From Yuukianura sp. NJ FZ-2021 (lineage: Eukaryota): a stretch of 64,000 nucleotides of DNA. The DNA lies in assembly GCA_046563655.1 (NCBI GenBank), contig JAJCTO010000010.1:868001-932000 (forward strand), read 5' to 3'. This document shows, piece after piece, positions 15,001-30,000 of this stretch. Every line of letters starts with the position of its first letter. The stretch's first letter is position 1. The notes beneath the pieces are model-generated. The model searched no databases and was not told where the DNA came from. It saw only the letters and a program-made list of their open reading frames with translations. The position numbers were made by a program, and so were the translations under genes.

Positions 15001-18000
15001 CAATTGCATGCCTGTATTTACTCAACCACAGCAGAAATAGTTTATGCTACAGGATGAGGCGACCCTCATTGATTATGAAATTTAGTGAAATATTCAGTTT
15101 CAATAAAGCTACTTGGTTTCGGGGGCGTGTGACTGCTCTAAGTTAACAAAACGAGCTGCACTCTGTCTGGATCTTGTACGCGTTCCGGTGTCGATTTGTT
15201 GAGATGGCTTTTGTGTAGCAGGTATTCGCCTCAAGGAATTATAAACCACTCTAAAACCCAATAGTAACTAGCCTGGTTAGAAACCGCGCAATGCCATCAC
15301 TGACAACAGCTAATGGATATTCAAGAGGAAATAAGTAAAAGTTTGAACGATATTTGAAACTACGAAGTCGGTTGCTTGATATAGTTCCAAGTTTGGTAAC
15401 TTATAAATGGTTTCTTGCAGCAAATTTTGTACGATTTGTATTTCCCAATAGCGTATTAGGCAAACTTTGAACCCAGGTATTTAAGATCGCCGCTCCGATG
15501 CGATGAAACGTTCGTTAAAACCATATTTCAGAAGGTTGGATAAACCGTACGTTACTCCGTTTTTATTATGCACCCCTCCAACACCAGAAAAATTACAACT
15601 GACTCTCAAATCATAATGTGTTTTCAACCGAACCTGCAAATGTACCTGTTTTATTGCGTTCAAACCCACTTTGCAGAAAGTTGGTATCTCGACAAGTTAC
15701 CAGCACAATTGCATGCCTGTATTTACTCAACCACAGCAGAAATAGTTTATGCTACAGGATGAGGCGACCCTCATTGATTATGAAATTTAGTGAAATATTC
15801 AGTTTCAATAAAGCTACTTGGTTTCGGGGGCGTGTGACTGCTCTAAGTTAACAAAACGAGCTGCACTCTGTCTGGATCTTGTACGCGTTCCGGTGTCGAT
15901 TTGTTGAGATGGCTTTTGTGTAGCAGGTATTCGCCTCAAGGAATTATAAACCACTCTAAAACCCAATAGTAACTAGCCTGGTTAGAAACCGCGCAATGCC
16001 ATCACTGACAACAGCTAATGGATATTCAAGAGGAAATAAGTAAAAGTTTGAACGATATTTGAAACTACGAAGTCGGTTGCTTGATATAGTTCCAAGTTTG
16101 GTAACTTATAAATGGTTTCTTGCAGCAAATTTTGTACGATTTGTATTTCCCAATAGCGTATTAGGCAAACTTTGAACCCAGGTATTTAAGATCGCCGCTC
16201 CGATGCGATGAAACGTTCGTTAAAACCATATTTCAGAAGGTTGGATAAACCGTACGTTACTCCGTTTTTATTATGCACCCCTCCAACACCAGAAAAATTA
16301 CAACTGACTCTCAAATCATAATGTGTTTTCAACCGAACCTGCAAATGTACCTGTTTTATTGCGTTCAAACCCACTTTGCAGAAAGTTGGTATCTCGACAA
16401 GTTACCAGCACAATTGCATGCCTGTATTTACTCAACCACAGCAGAAATAGTTTATGCTACAGGATGAGGCGACCCTCATTGATTATGAAATTTAGTGAAA
16501 TATTCAGTTTCAATAAAGCTACTTGGTTTCGGGGGCGTGTGACTGCTCTAAGTTAACAAAACGAGCTGCACTCTGTCTGGATCTTGTACGCGTTCCGGTG
16601 TCGATTTGTTGAGATGGCTTTTGTGTAGCAGGTATTCGCCTCAAGGAATTATAAACCACTCTAAAACCCAATAGTAACTAGCCTGGTTAGAAACCGCGCA
16701 ATGCCATCACTGACAACAGCTAATGGATATTCAAGAGGAAATAAGTAAAAGTTTGAACGATATTTGAAACTACGAAGTCGGTTGCTTGATATAGTTCCAA
16801 GTTTGGTAACTTATAAATGGTTTCTTGCAGCAAATTTTGTACGATTTGTATTTCCCAATAGCGTATTAGGCAAACTTTGAACCCAGGTATTTAAGATCGC
16901 CGCTCCGATGCGATGAAACGTTCGTTAAAACCATATTTCAGAAGGTTGGATAAACCATACGTTACTCCGTTTTTATTATGCACCCCTCCAACACCAGAAA
17001 AATTACAACTGACTCTCAAATCATAATGTGTTTTCAACCGAACCTGCAAATGTACCTGTTTTATTGCGTTCAAACCCACTTTGCAGAAAGTTGGTATCTC
17101 GACAAGTTACCAGCACAATTGCATGCCTGTATTTACTCAACCACAGCAGAAATAGTTTATGCTACAGGATGAGGCGACCCTCATTGATTATGAAATTTAG
17201 TGAAATATTCAGTTTCAATAAAGCTACTTGGTTTCGGGGGCGTGTGACTGCTCTAAGTTAACAAAACGAGCTGCACTCTGTCTGGATCTTGTACGCGTTC
17301 CGGTGTCGATTTGTTGAGATGGCTTTTGTGTAGCAGGTATTCGCCTCAAGGAATTATAAACCACTCTAAAACCCAATAGTAACTAGCCTGGTTAGAAACC
17401 GCGCAATGCCATCACTGACAACAGCTAATGGATATTCAAGAGGAAATAAGTAAAAGTTTGAACGATATTTGAAACTACGAAGTCGGTTGCTTGATATAGT
17501 TCCAAGTTTGGTAACTTATAAATGGTTTCTTGCAGCAAATTTTGTACGATTTGTATTTCCCAATAGCGTATTAGGCAAACTTTGAACCCAGGTATTTAAG
17601 ATCGCCGCTCCGATGCGATGAAACGTTCGTTAAAACCATATTTCAGAAGGTTGGATAAACCATACGTTACTCCGTTTTTATTATGCACCCCTCCAACACC
17701 AGAAAAATTACAACTGACTCTCAAATCATAATGTGTTTTCAACCGAACCTGCAAATGTACCTGTTTTATTGCGTTCAAACCCACTTTGCAGAAAGTTGGT
17801 ATCTCGACAAGTTACCAGCACAATTGCATGCCTGTATTTACTCAACCACAGCAGAAATAGTTTATGCTACAGGATGAGGCGACCCTCATTGATTATGAAA
17901 TTTAGTGAAATATTCAGTTTCAATAAAGCTACTTGGTTTCGGGGGCGTGTGACTGCTCTAAGTTAACAAAACGAGCTGCACTCTGTCTGGATCTTGTACG

Positions 18001-21000
18001 CGTTCCGGTGTCGATTTGTTGAGATGGCTTTTGTGTAGCAGGTATTCGCCTCAAGGAATTATAAACCACTCTAAAACCCAATAGTAACTAGCCTGGTTAG
18101 AAACCGCGCAATGCCATCACTGACAACAGCTAATGGATATTCAAGAGGAAATAAGTAAAAGTTTGAACGATATTTGAAACTACGAAGTCGGTTGCTTGAT
18201 ATAGTTCCAAGTTTGGTAACTTATAAATGGTTTCTTGCAGCAAATTTTGTACGATTTGTATTTCCCAATAGCGTATTAGGCAAACTTTGAACCCAGGTAT
18301 TTAAGATCGCCGCTCCGATGCGATGAAACGTTCGTTAAAACCATATTTCAGAAGGTTGGATAAACCATACGTTACTCCGTTTTTATTATGCACCCCTCCA
18401 ACACCAGAAAAATTACAACTGACTCTCAAATCATAATGTGTTTTCAACCGAACCTGCAAATGTACCTGTTTTATTGCGTTCAAACCCACTTTGCAGAAAG
18501 TTGGTATCTCGACAAGTTACCAGCACAATTGCATGCCTGTATTTACTCAACCACAGCAGAAATAGTTTATGCTACAGGATGAGGCGACCCTCATTGATTA
18601 TGAAATTTAGTGAAATATTCAGTTTCAATAAAGCTACTTGGTTTCGGGGGCGTGTGACTGCTCTAAGTTAACAAAACGAGCTGCACTCTGTCTGGATCTT
18701 GTACGCGTTCCGGTGTCGATTTGTTGAGATGGCTTTTGTGTAGCAGGTATTCGCCTCAAGGAATTATAAACCACTCTAAAACCCAATAGTAACTAGCCTG
18801 GTTAGAAACCGCGCAATGCCATCACTGACAACAGCTAATGGATATTCAAGAGGAAATAAGTAAAAGTTTGAACGATATTTGAAACTACGAAGTCGGTTGC
18901 TTGATATAGTTCCAAGTTTGGTAACTTATAAATGGTTTCTTGCAGCAAATTTTGTACGATTTGTATTTCCCAATAGCGTATTAGGCAAACTTTGAACCCA
19001 GGTATTTAAGATCGCCGCTCCGATGCGATGAAACGTTCGTTAAAACCATATTTCAGAAGGTTGGATAAACCGTACGTTACTCCGTTTTTATTATGCACCC
19101 CTCCAACACCAGAAAAATTACAACTGACTCTCAAATCATAATGTGTTTTCAACCGAACCTGCAAATGTACCTGTTTTATTGCGTTCAAACCCACTTTGCA
19201 GAAAGTTGGTATCTCGACAAGTTACCAGCACAATTGCATGCCTGTATTTACTCAACCACAGCAGAAATAGTTTATGCTACAGGATGAGGCGACCCTCATT
19301 GATTATGAAATTTAGTGAAATATTCAGTTTCAATAAAGCTACTTGGTTTCGGGGGCGTGTGACTGCTCTAAGTTAACAAAACGAGCTGCACTCTGTCTGG
19401 ATCTTGTACGCGTTCCGGTGTCGATTTGTTGAGATGGCTTTTGTGTAGCAGGTATTCGCCTCAAGGAATTATAAACCACTCTAAAACCCAATAGTAACTA
19501 GCCTGGTTAGAAACCGCGCAATGCCATCACTGACAACAGCTAATGGATATTCAAGAGGAAATAAGTAAAAGTTTGAACGATATTTGAAACTACGAAGTCG
19601 GTTGCTTGATATAGTTCCAAGTTTGGTAACTTATAAATGGTTTCTTGCAGCAAATTTTGTACGATTTGTATTTCCCAATAGCGTATTAGGCAAACTTTGA
19701 ACCCAGGTATTTAAGATCGCCGCTCCGATGCGATGAAACGTTCGTTAAAACCATATTTCAGAAGGTTGGATAAACCATACGTTACTCCGTTTTTATTATG
19801 CACCCCTCCAACACCAGAAAAATTACAACTGACTCTCAAATCATAATGTGTTTTCAACCGAACCTGCAAATGTACCTGTTTTATTGCGTTCAAACCCACT
19901 TTGCAGAAAGTTGGTATCTCGACAAGTTACCAGCACAATTGCATGCCTGTATTTACTCAACCACAGCAGAAATAGTTTATGCTACAGGATGAGGCGACCC
20001 TCATTGATTATGAAATTTAGTGAAATATTCAGTTTCAATAAAGCTACTTGGTTTCGGGGGCGTGTGACTGCTCTAAGTTAACAAAACGAGCTGCACTCTG
20101 TCTGGATCTTGTACGCGTTCCGGTGTCGATTTGTTGAGATGGCTTTTGTGTAGCAGGTATTCGCCTCAAGGAATTATAAACCACTCTAAAACCCAATAGT
20201 AACTAGCCTGGTTAGAAACCGCGCAATGCCATCACTGACAACAGCTAATGGATATTCAAGAGGAAATAAGTAAAAGTTTGAACGATATTTGAAACTACGA
20301 AGTCGGTTGCTTGATATAGTTCCAAGTTTGGTAACTTATAAATGGTTTCTTGCAGCAAATTTTGTACGATTTGTATTTCCCAATAGCGTATTAGGCAAAC
20401 TTTGAACCCAGGTATTTAAGATCGCCGCTCCGATGCGATGAAACGTTCGTTAAAACCATATTTCAGAAGGTTGGATAAACCGTACGTTACTCCGTTTTTA
20501 TTATGCACCCCTCCAACACCAGAAAAATTACAACTGACTCTCAAATCATAATGTGTTTTCAACCGAACCTGCAAATGTACCTGTTTTATTGCGTTCAAAC
20601 CCACTTTGCAGAAAGTTGGTATCTCGACAAGTTACCAGCACAATTGCATGCCTGTATTTACTCAACCACAGCAGAAATAGTTTATGCTACAGGATGAGGC
20701 GACCCTCATTGATTATGAAATTTAGTGAAATATTCAGTTTCAATAAAGCTACTTGGTTTCGGGGGCGTGTGACTGCTCTAAGTTAACAAAACGAGCTGCA
20801 CTCTGTCTGGATCTTGTACGCGTTCCGGTGTCGATTTGTTGAGATGGCTTTTGTGTAGCAGGTATTCGCCTCAAGGAATTATAAACCACTCTAAAACCCA
20901 ATAGTAACTAGCCTGGTTAGAAACCGCGCAATGCCATCACTGACAACAGCTAATGGATATTCAAGAGGAAATAAGTAAAAGTTTGAACGATATTTGAAAC

Positions 21001-24000
21001 TACGAAGTCGGTTGCTTGATATAGTTCCAAGTTTGGTAACTTATAAATGGTTTCTTGCAGCAAATTTTGTACGATTTGTATTTCCCAATAGCGTATTAGG
21101 CAAACTTTGAACCCAGGTATTTAAGATCGCCGCTCCGATGCGATGAAACGTTCGTTAAAACCATATTTCAGAAGGTTGGATAAACCGTACGTTACTCCGT
21201 TTTTATTATGCACCCCTCCAACACCAGAAAAATTACAACTGACTCTCAAATCATAATGTGTTTTCAACCGAACCTGCAAATGTACCTGTTTTATTGCGTT
21301 CAAACCCACTTTGCAGAAAGTTGGTATCTCGACAAGTTACCAGCACAATTGCATGCCTGTATTTACTCAACCACAGCAGAAATAGTTTATGCTACAGGAT
21401 GAGGCGACCCTCATTGATTATGAAATTTAGTGAAATATTCAGTTTCAATAAAGCTACTTGGTTTCGGGGGCGTGTGACTGCTCTAAGTTAACAAAACGAG
21501 CTGCACTCTGTCTGGATCTTGTACGCGTTCCGGTGTCGATTTGTTGAGATGGCTTTTGTGTAGCAGGTATTCGCCTCAAGGAATTATAAACCACTCTAAA
21601 ACCCAATAGTAACTAGCCTGGTTAGAAACCGCGCAATGCCATCACTGACAACAGCTAATGGATATTCAAGAGGAAATAAGTAAAAGTTTGAACGATATTT
21701 GAAACTACGAAGTCGGTTGCTTGATATAGTTCCAAGTTTGGTAACTTATAAATGGTTTCTTGCAGCAAATTTTGTACGATTTGTATTTCCCAATAGCGTA
21801 TTAGGCAAACTTTGAACCCAGGTATTTAAGATCGCCGCTCCGATGCGATGAAACGTTCGTTAAAACCATATTTCAGAAGGTTGGATAAACCGTACGTTAC
21901 TCCGTTTTTATTATGCACCCCTCCAACACCAGAAAAATTACAACTGACTCTCAAATCATAATGTGTTTTCAACCGAACCTGCAAATGTACCTGTTTTATT
22001 GCGTTCAAACCCACTTTGCAGAAAGTTGGTATCTCGACAAGTTACCAGCACAATTGCATGCCTGTATTTACTCAACCACAGCAGAAATAGTTTATGCTAC
22101 AGGATGAGGCGACCCTCATTGATTATGAAATTTAGTGAAATATTCAGTTTCAATAAAGCTACTTGGTTTCGGGGGCGTGTGACTGCTCTAAGTTAACAAA
22201 ACGAGCTGCACTCTGTCTGGATCTTGTACGCGTTCCGGTGTCGATTTGTTGAGATGGCTTTTGTGTAGCAGGTATTCGCCTCAAGGAATTATAAACCACT
22301 CTAAAACCCAATAGTAACTAGCCTGGTTAGAAACCGCGCAATGCCATCACTGACAACAGCTAATGGATATTCAAGAGGAAATAAGTAAAAGTTTGAACGA
22401 TATTTGAAACTACGAAGTCGGTTGCTTGATATAGTTCCAAGTTTGGTAACTTATAAATGGTTTCTTGCAGCAAATTTTGTACGATTTGTATTTCCCAATA
22501 GCGTATTAGGCAAACTTTGAACCCAGGTATTTAAGATCGCCGCTCCGATGCGATGAAACGTTCGTTAAAACCATATTTCAGAAGGTTGGATAAACCGTAC
22601 GTTACTCCGTTTTTATTATGCACCCCTCCAACACCAGAAAAATTACAACTGACTCTCAAATCATAATGTGTTTTCAACCGAACCTGCAAATGTACCTGTT
22701 TTATTGCGTTCAAACCCACTTTGCAGAAAGTTGGTATCTCGACAAGTTACCAGCACAATTGCATGCCTGTATTTACTCAACCACAGCAGAAATAGTTTAT
22801 GCTACAGGATGAGGCGACCCTCATTGATTATGAAATTTAGTGAAATATTCAGTTTCAATAAAGCTACTTGGTTTCGGGGGCGTGTGACTGCTCTAAGTTA
22901 ACAAAACGAGCTGCACTCTGTCTGGATCTTGTACGCGTTCCGGTGTCGATTTGTTGAGATGGCTTTTGTGTAGCAGGTATTCGCCTCAAGGAATTATAAA
23001 CCACTCTAAAACCCAATAGTAACTAGCCTGGTTAGAAACCGCGCAATGCCATCACTGACAACAGCTAATGGATATTCAAGAGGAAATAAGTAAAAGTTTG
23101 AACGATATTTGAAACTACGAAGTCGGTTGCTTGATATAGTTCCAAGTTTGGTAACTTATAAATGGTTTCTTGCAGCAAATTTTGTACGATTTGTATTTCC
23201 CAATAGCGTATTAGGCAAACTTTGAACCCAGGTATTTAAGATCGCCGCTCCGATGCGATGAAACGTTCGTTAAAACCATATTTCAGAAGGTTGGATAAAC
23301 CATACGTTACTCCGTTTTTATTATGCACCCCTCCAACACCAGAAAAATTACAACTGACTCTCAAATCATAATGTGTTTTCAACCGAACTTGCAAATGTAC
23401 CTGTTTTATTGCGTTCAAACCCACTTTGCAGAAAGTTGGTATCTCCTGCAAATGTACCTGTTTTATTGCGTTCAAACCCACTTTGCAGAAAGTTGGTATC
23501 TCGACAAGTTACCAGCACAATTGCATGCCTGTATTTACTCAACCACAGCAGAAATAGTTTATGCTACAGGATGAGGCGACCCTCATTGATTATGAAATTT
23601 AGTGAAATATTCAGTTTCAATAAAGCTACTTGGTTTCGGGGGCGTGTGACTGCTCTAAGTTAACAAAACGAGCTGCACTCTGTCTGGATCTTGTACGCGT
23701 TCCGGTGTCGATTTGTTGAGATGGCTTTTGTGTAGCAGGTATTCGCCTCAAGGAATTATAAACCACTCTAAAACCCAATAGTAACTAGCCTGGTTAGAAA
23801 CCGCGCAATGCCATCACTGACAACAGCTAATGGATATTCAAGAGGAAATAAGTAAAAGTTTGAACGATATTTGAAACTACGAAGTCGGTTGCTTGATATA
23901 GTTCCAAGTTTGGTAACTTATAAATGGTTTCTTGCAGCAAATTTTGTACGATTTGTATTTCCCAATAGCGTATTAGGCAAACTTTGAACCCAGGTATTTA

Positions 24001-27000
24001 AGATCGCCGCTCCGATGCGATGAAACGTTCGTTAAAACCATATTTCAGAAGGTTGGATAAACCATACGTTACTCCGTTTTTATTATGCACCCCTCCAACA
24101 CCAGAAAAATTACAACTGACTCTCAAATCATAATGTGTTTTCAACCGAACCTGCAAATGTACCTGTTTTATTGCGTTCAAACCCACTTTGCAGAAAGTTG
24201 GTATCTCGACAAGTTACCAGCACAATTGCATGCCTGTATTTACTCAACCACAGCAGAAATAGTTTATGCTACAGGATGAGGCGACCCTCATTGATTATGA
24301 AATTTAGTGAAATATTCAGTTTCAATAAAGCTACTTGGTTTCGGGGGCGTGTGACTGCTCTAAGTTAACAAAACGAGCTGCACTCTGTCTGGATCTTGTA
24401 CGCGTTCCGGTGTCGATTTGTTGAGATGGCTTTTGTGTAGCAGGTATTCGCCTCAAGGAATTATAAACCACTCTAAAACCCAATAGTAACTAGCCTGGTT
24501 AGAAACCGCGCAATGCCATCACTGACAACAGCTAATGGATATTCAAGAGGAAATAAGTAAAAGTTTGAACGATATTTGAAACTACGAAGTCGGTTGCTTG
24601 ATATAGTTCCAAGTTTGGTAACTTATAAATGGTTTCTTGCAGCAAATTTTGTACGATTTGTATTTCCCAATAGCGTATTAGGCAAACTTTGAACCCAGGT
24701 ATTTAAGATCGCCGCTCCGATGCGATGAAACGTTCGTTAAAACCATATTTCAGAAGGTTGGATAAACCATACGTTACTCCGTTTTTATTATGCACCCCTC
24801 CAACACCAGAAAAATTACAACTGACTCTCAAATCATAATGTGTTTTCAACCGAACCTGCAAATGTACCTGTTTTATTGCGTTCAAACCCACTTTGCAGAA
24901 AGTTGGTATCTCGACAAGTTACCAGCACAATTGCATGCCTGTATTTACTCAACCACAGCAGAAATAGTTTATGCTACAGGATGAGGCGACCCTCATTGAT
25001 TATGAAATTTAGTGAAATATTCAGTTTCAATAAAGCTACTTGGTTTCGGGGGCGTGTGACTGCTCTAAGTTAACAAAACGAGCTGCACTCTGTCTGGATC
25101 TTGTACGCGTTCCGGTGTCGATTTGTTGAGATGGCTTTTGTGTAGCAGGTATTCGCCTCAAGGAATTATAAACCACTCTAAAACCCAATAGTAACTAGCC
25201 TGGTTAGAAACCGCGCAATGCCATCACTGACAACAGCTAATGGATATTCAAGAGGAAATAAGTAAAAGTTTGAACGATATTTGAAACTACGAAGTCGGTT
25301 GCTTGATATAGTTCCAAGTTTGGTAACTTATAAATGGTTTCTTGCAGCAAATTTTGTACGATTTGTATTTCCCAATAGCGTATTAGGCAAACTTTGAACC
25401 CAGGTATTTAAGATCGCCGCTCCGATGCGATGAAACGTTCGTTAAAACCATATTTCAGAAGGTTGGATAAACCGTACGTTACTCCGTTTTTATTATGCAC
25501 CCCTCCAACACCAGAAAAATTACAACTGACTCTCAAATCATAATGTGTTTTCAACCGAACCTGCAAATGTACCTGTTTTATTGCGTTCAAACCCACTTTG
25601 CAGAAAGTTGGTATCTCGACAAGTTACCAGCACAATTGCATGCCTGTATTTACTCAACCACAGCAGAAATAGTTTATGCTACAGGATGAGGCGACCCTCA
25701 TTGATTATGAAATTTAGTGAAATATTCAGTTTCAATAAAGCTACTTGGTTTCGGGGGCGTGTGACTGCTCTAAGTTAACAAAACGAGCTGCACTCTGTCT
25801 GGATCTTGTACGCGTTCCGGTGTCGATTTGTTGAGATGGCTTTTGTGTAGCAGGTATTCGCCTCAAGGAATTATAAACCACTCTAAAACCCAATAGTAAC
25901 TAGCCTGGTTAGAAACCGCGCAATGCCATCACTGACAACAGCTAATGGATATTCAAGAGGAAATAAGTAAAAGTTTGAACGATATTTGAAACTACGAAGT
26001 CGGTTGCTTGATATAGTTCCAAGTTTGGTAACTTATAAATGGTTTCTTGCAGCAAATTTTGTACGATTTGTATTTCCCAATAGCGTATTAGGCAAACTTT
26101 GAACCCAGGTATTTAAGATCGCCGCTCCGATGCGATGAAACGTTCGTTAAAACCATATTTCAGAAGGTTGGATAAACCGTACGTTACTCCGTTTTTATTA
26201 TGCACCCCTCCAACACCAGAAAAATTACAACTGACTCTCAAATCATAATGTGTTTTCAACCGAACCTGCAAATGTACCTGTTTTATTGCGTTCAAACCCA
26301 CTTTGCAGAAAGTTGGTATCTCGACAAGTTACCAGCACAATTGCATGCCTGTATTTACTCAACCACAGCAGAAATAGTTTATGCTACAGGATGAGGCGAC
26401 CCTCATTGATTATGAAATTTAGTGAAATATTCAGTTTCAATAAAGCTACTTGGTTTCGGGGGCGTGTGACTGCTCTAAGTTAACAAAACGAGCTGCACTC
26501 TGTCTGGATCTTGTACGCGTTCCGGTGTCGATTTGTTGAGATGGCTTTTGTGTAGCAGGTATTCGCCTCAAGGAATTATAAACCACTCTAAAACCCAATA
26601 GTAACTAGCCTGGTTAGAAACCGCGCAATGCCATCACTGACAACAGCTAATGGATATTCAAGAGGAAATAAGTAAAAGTTTGAACGATATTTGAAACTAC
26701 GAAGTCGGTTGCTTGATATAGTTCCAAGTTTGGTAACTTATAAATGGTTTCTTGCAGCAAATTTTGTACGATTTGTATTTCCCAATAGCGTATTAGGCAA
26801 ACTTTGAACCCAGGTATTTAAGATCGCCGCTCCGATGCGATGAAACGTTCGTTAAAACCATATTTCAGAAGGTTGGATAAACCGTACGTTACTCCGTTTT
26901 TATTATGCACCCCTCCAACACCAGAAAAATTACAACTGACTCTCAAATCATAATGTGTTTTCAACCGAACCTGCAAATGTACCTGTTTTATTGCGTTCAA

Positions 27001-30000
27001 ACCCACTTTGCAGAAAGTTGGTATCTCGACAAGTTACCAGCACAATTGCATGCCTGTATTTACTCAACCACAGCAGAAATAGTTTATGCTACAGGATGAG
27101 GCGACCCTCATTGATTATGAAATTTAGTGAAATATTCAGTTTCAATAAAGCTACTTGGTTTCGGGGGCGTGTGACTGCTCTAAGTTAACAAAACGAGCTG
27201 CACTCTGTCTGGATCTTGTACGCGTTCCGGTGTCGATTTGTTGAGATGGCTTTTGTGTAGCAGGTATTCGCCTCAAGGAATTATAAACCACTCTAAAACC
27301 CAATAGTAACTAGCCTGGTTAGAAACCGCGCAATGCCATCACTGACAACAGCTAATGGATATTCAAGAGGAAATAAGTAAAAGTTTGAACGATATTTGAA
27401 ACTACGAAGTCGGTTGCTTGATATAGTTCCAAGTTTGGTAACTTATAAATGGTTTCTTGCAGCAAATTTTGTACGATTTGTATTTCCCAATAGCGTATTA
27501 GGCAAACTTTGAACCCAGGTATTTAAGATCGCCGCTCCGATGCGATGAAACGTTCGTTAAAACCATATTTCAGAAGGTTGGATAAACCGTACGTTACTCC
27601 GTTTTTATTATGCACCCCTCCAACACCAGAAAAATTACAACTGACTCTCAAATCATAATGTGTTTTCAACCGAACCTGCAAATGTACCTGTTTTATTGCG
27701 TTCAAACCCACTTTGCAGAAAGTTGGTATCTCGACAAGTTACCAGCACAATTGCATGCCTGTATTTACTCAACCACAGCAGAAATAGTTTATGCTACAGG
27801 ATGAGGCGACCCTCATTGATTATGAAATTTAGTGAAATATTCAGTTTCAATAAAGCTACTTGGTTTCGGGGGCGTGTGACTGCTCTAAGTTAACAAAACG
27901 AGCTGCACTCTGTCTGGATCTTGTACGCGTTCCGGTGTCGATTTGTTGAGATGGCTTTTGTGTAGCAGGTATTCGCCTCAAGGAATTATAAACCACTCTA
28001 AAACCCAATAGTAACTAGCCTGGTTAGAAACCGCGCAATGCCATCACTGACAACAGCTAATGGATATTCAAGAGGAAATAAGTAAAAGTTTGAACGATAT
28101 TTGAAACTACGAAGTCGGTTGCTTGATATAGTTCCAAGTTTGGTAACTTATAAATGGTTTCTTGCAGCAAATTTTGTACGATTTGTATTTCCCAATAGCG
28201 TATTAGGCAAACTTTGAACCCAGGTATTTAAGATCGCCGCTCCGATGCGATGAAACGTTCGTTAAAACCATATTTCAGAAGGTTGGATAAACCATACGTT
28301 ACTCCGTTTTTATTATGCACCCCTCCAACACCAGAAAAATTACAACTGACTCTCAAATCATAATGTGTTTTCAACCGAACCTGCAAATGTACCTGTTTTA
28401 TTGCGTTCAAACCCACTTTGCAGAAAGTTGGTATCTCGACAAGTTACCAGCACAATTGCATGCCTGTATTTACTCAACCACAGCAGAAATAGTTTATGCT
28501 ACAGGATGAGGCGACCCTCATTGATTATGAAATTTAGTGAAATATTCAGTTTCAATAAAGCTACTTGGTTTCGGGGGCGTGTGACTGCTCTAAGTTAACA
28601 AAACGAGCTGCACTCTGTCTGGATCTTGTACGCGTTCCGGTGTCGATTTGTTGAGATGGCTTTTGTGTAGCAGGTATTCGCCTCAAGGAATTATAAACCA
28701 CTCTAAAACCCAATAGTAACTAGCCTGGTTAGAAACCGCGCAATGCCATCACTGACAACAGCTAATGGATATTCAAGAGGAAATAAGTAAAAGTTTGAAC
28801 GATATTTGAAACTACGAAGTCGGTTGCTTGATATAGTTCCAAGTTTGGTAACTTATAAATGGTTTCTTGCAGCAAATTTTGTACGATTTGTATTTCCCAA
28901 TAGCGTATTAGGCAAACTTTGAACCCAGGTATTTAAGATCGCCGCTCCGATGCGATGAAACGTTCGTTAAAACCATATTTCAGAAGGTTGGATAAACCGT
29001 ACGTTACTCCGTTTTTATTATGCACCCCTCCAACACCAGAAAAATTACAACTGACTCTCAAATCATAATGTGTTTTCAACCGAACCTGCAAATGTACCTG
29101 TTTTATTGCGTTCAAACCCACTTTGCAGAAAGTTGGTATCTCGACAAGTTACCAGCACAATTGCATGCCTGTATTTACTCAACCACAGCAGAAATAGTTT
29201 ATGCTACAGGATGAGGCGACCCTCATTGATTATGAAATTTAGTGAAATATTCAGTTTCAATAAAGCTACTTGGTTTCGGGGGCGTGTGACTGCTCTAAGT
29301 TAACAAAACGAGCTGCACTCTGTCTGGATCTTGTACGCGTTCCGGTGTCGATTTGTTGAGATGGCTTTTGTGTAGCAGGTATTCGCCTCAAGGAATTATA
29401 AACCACTCTAAAACCCAATAGTAACTAGCCTGGTTAGAAACCGCGCAATGCCATCACTGACAACAGCTAATGGATATTCAAGAGGAAATAAGTAAAAGTT
29501 TGAACGATATTTGAAACTACGAAGTCGGTTGCTTGATATAGTTCCAAGTTTGGTAACTTATAAATGGTTTCTTGCAGCAAATTTTGTACGATTTGTATTT
29601 CCCAATAGCGTATTAGGCAAACTTTGAACCCAGGTATTTAAGATCGCCGCTCCGATGCGATGAAACGTTCGTTAAAACCATATTTCAGAAGGTTGGATAA
29701 ACCGTACGTTACTCCGTTTTTATTATGCACCCCTCCAACACCAGAAAAATTACAACTGACTCTCAAATCATAATGTGTTTTCAACCGAACCTGCAAATGT
29801 ACCTGTTTTATTGCGTTCAAACCCACTTTGCAGAAAGTTGGTATCTCGACAAGTTACCAGCACAATTGCATGCCTGTATTTACTCAACCACAGCAGAAAT
29901 AGTTTATGCTACAGGATGAGGCGACCCTCATTGATTATGAAATTTAGTGAAATATTCAGTTTCAATAAAGCTACTTGGTTTCGGGGGCGTGTGACTGCTC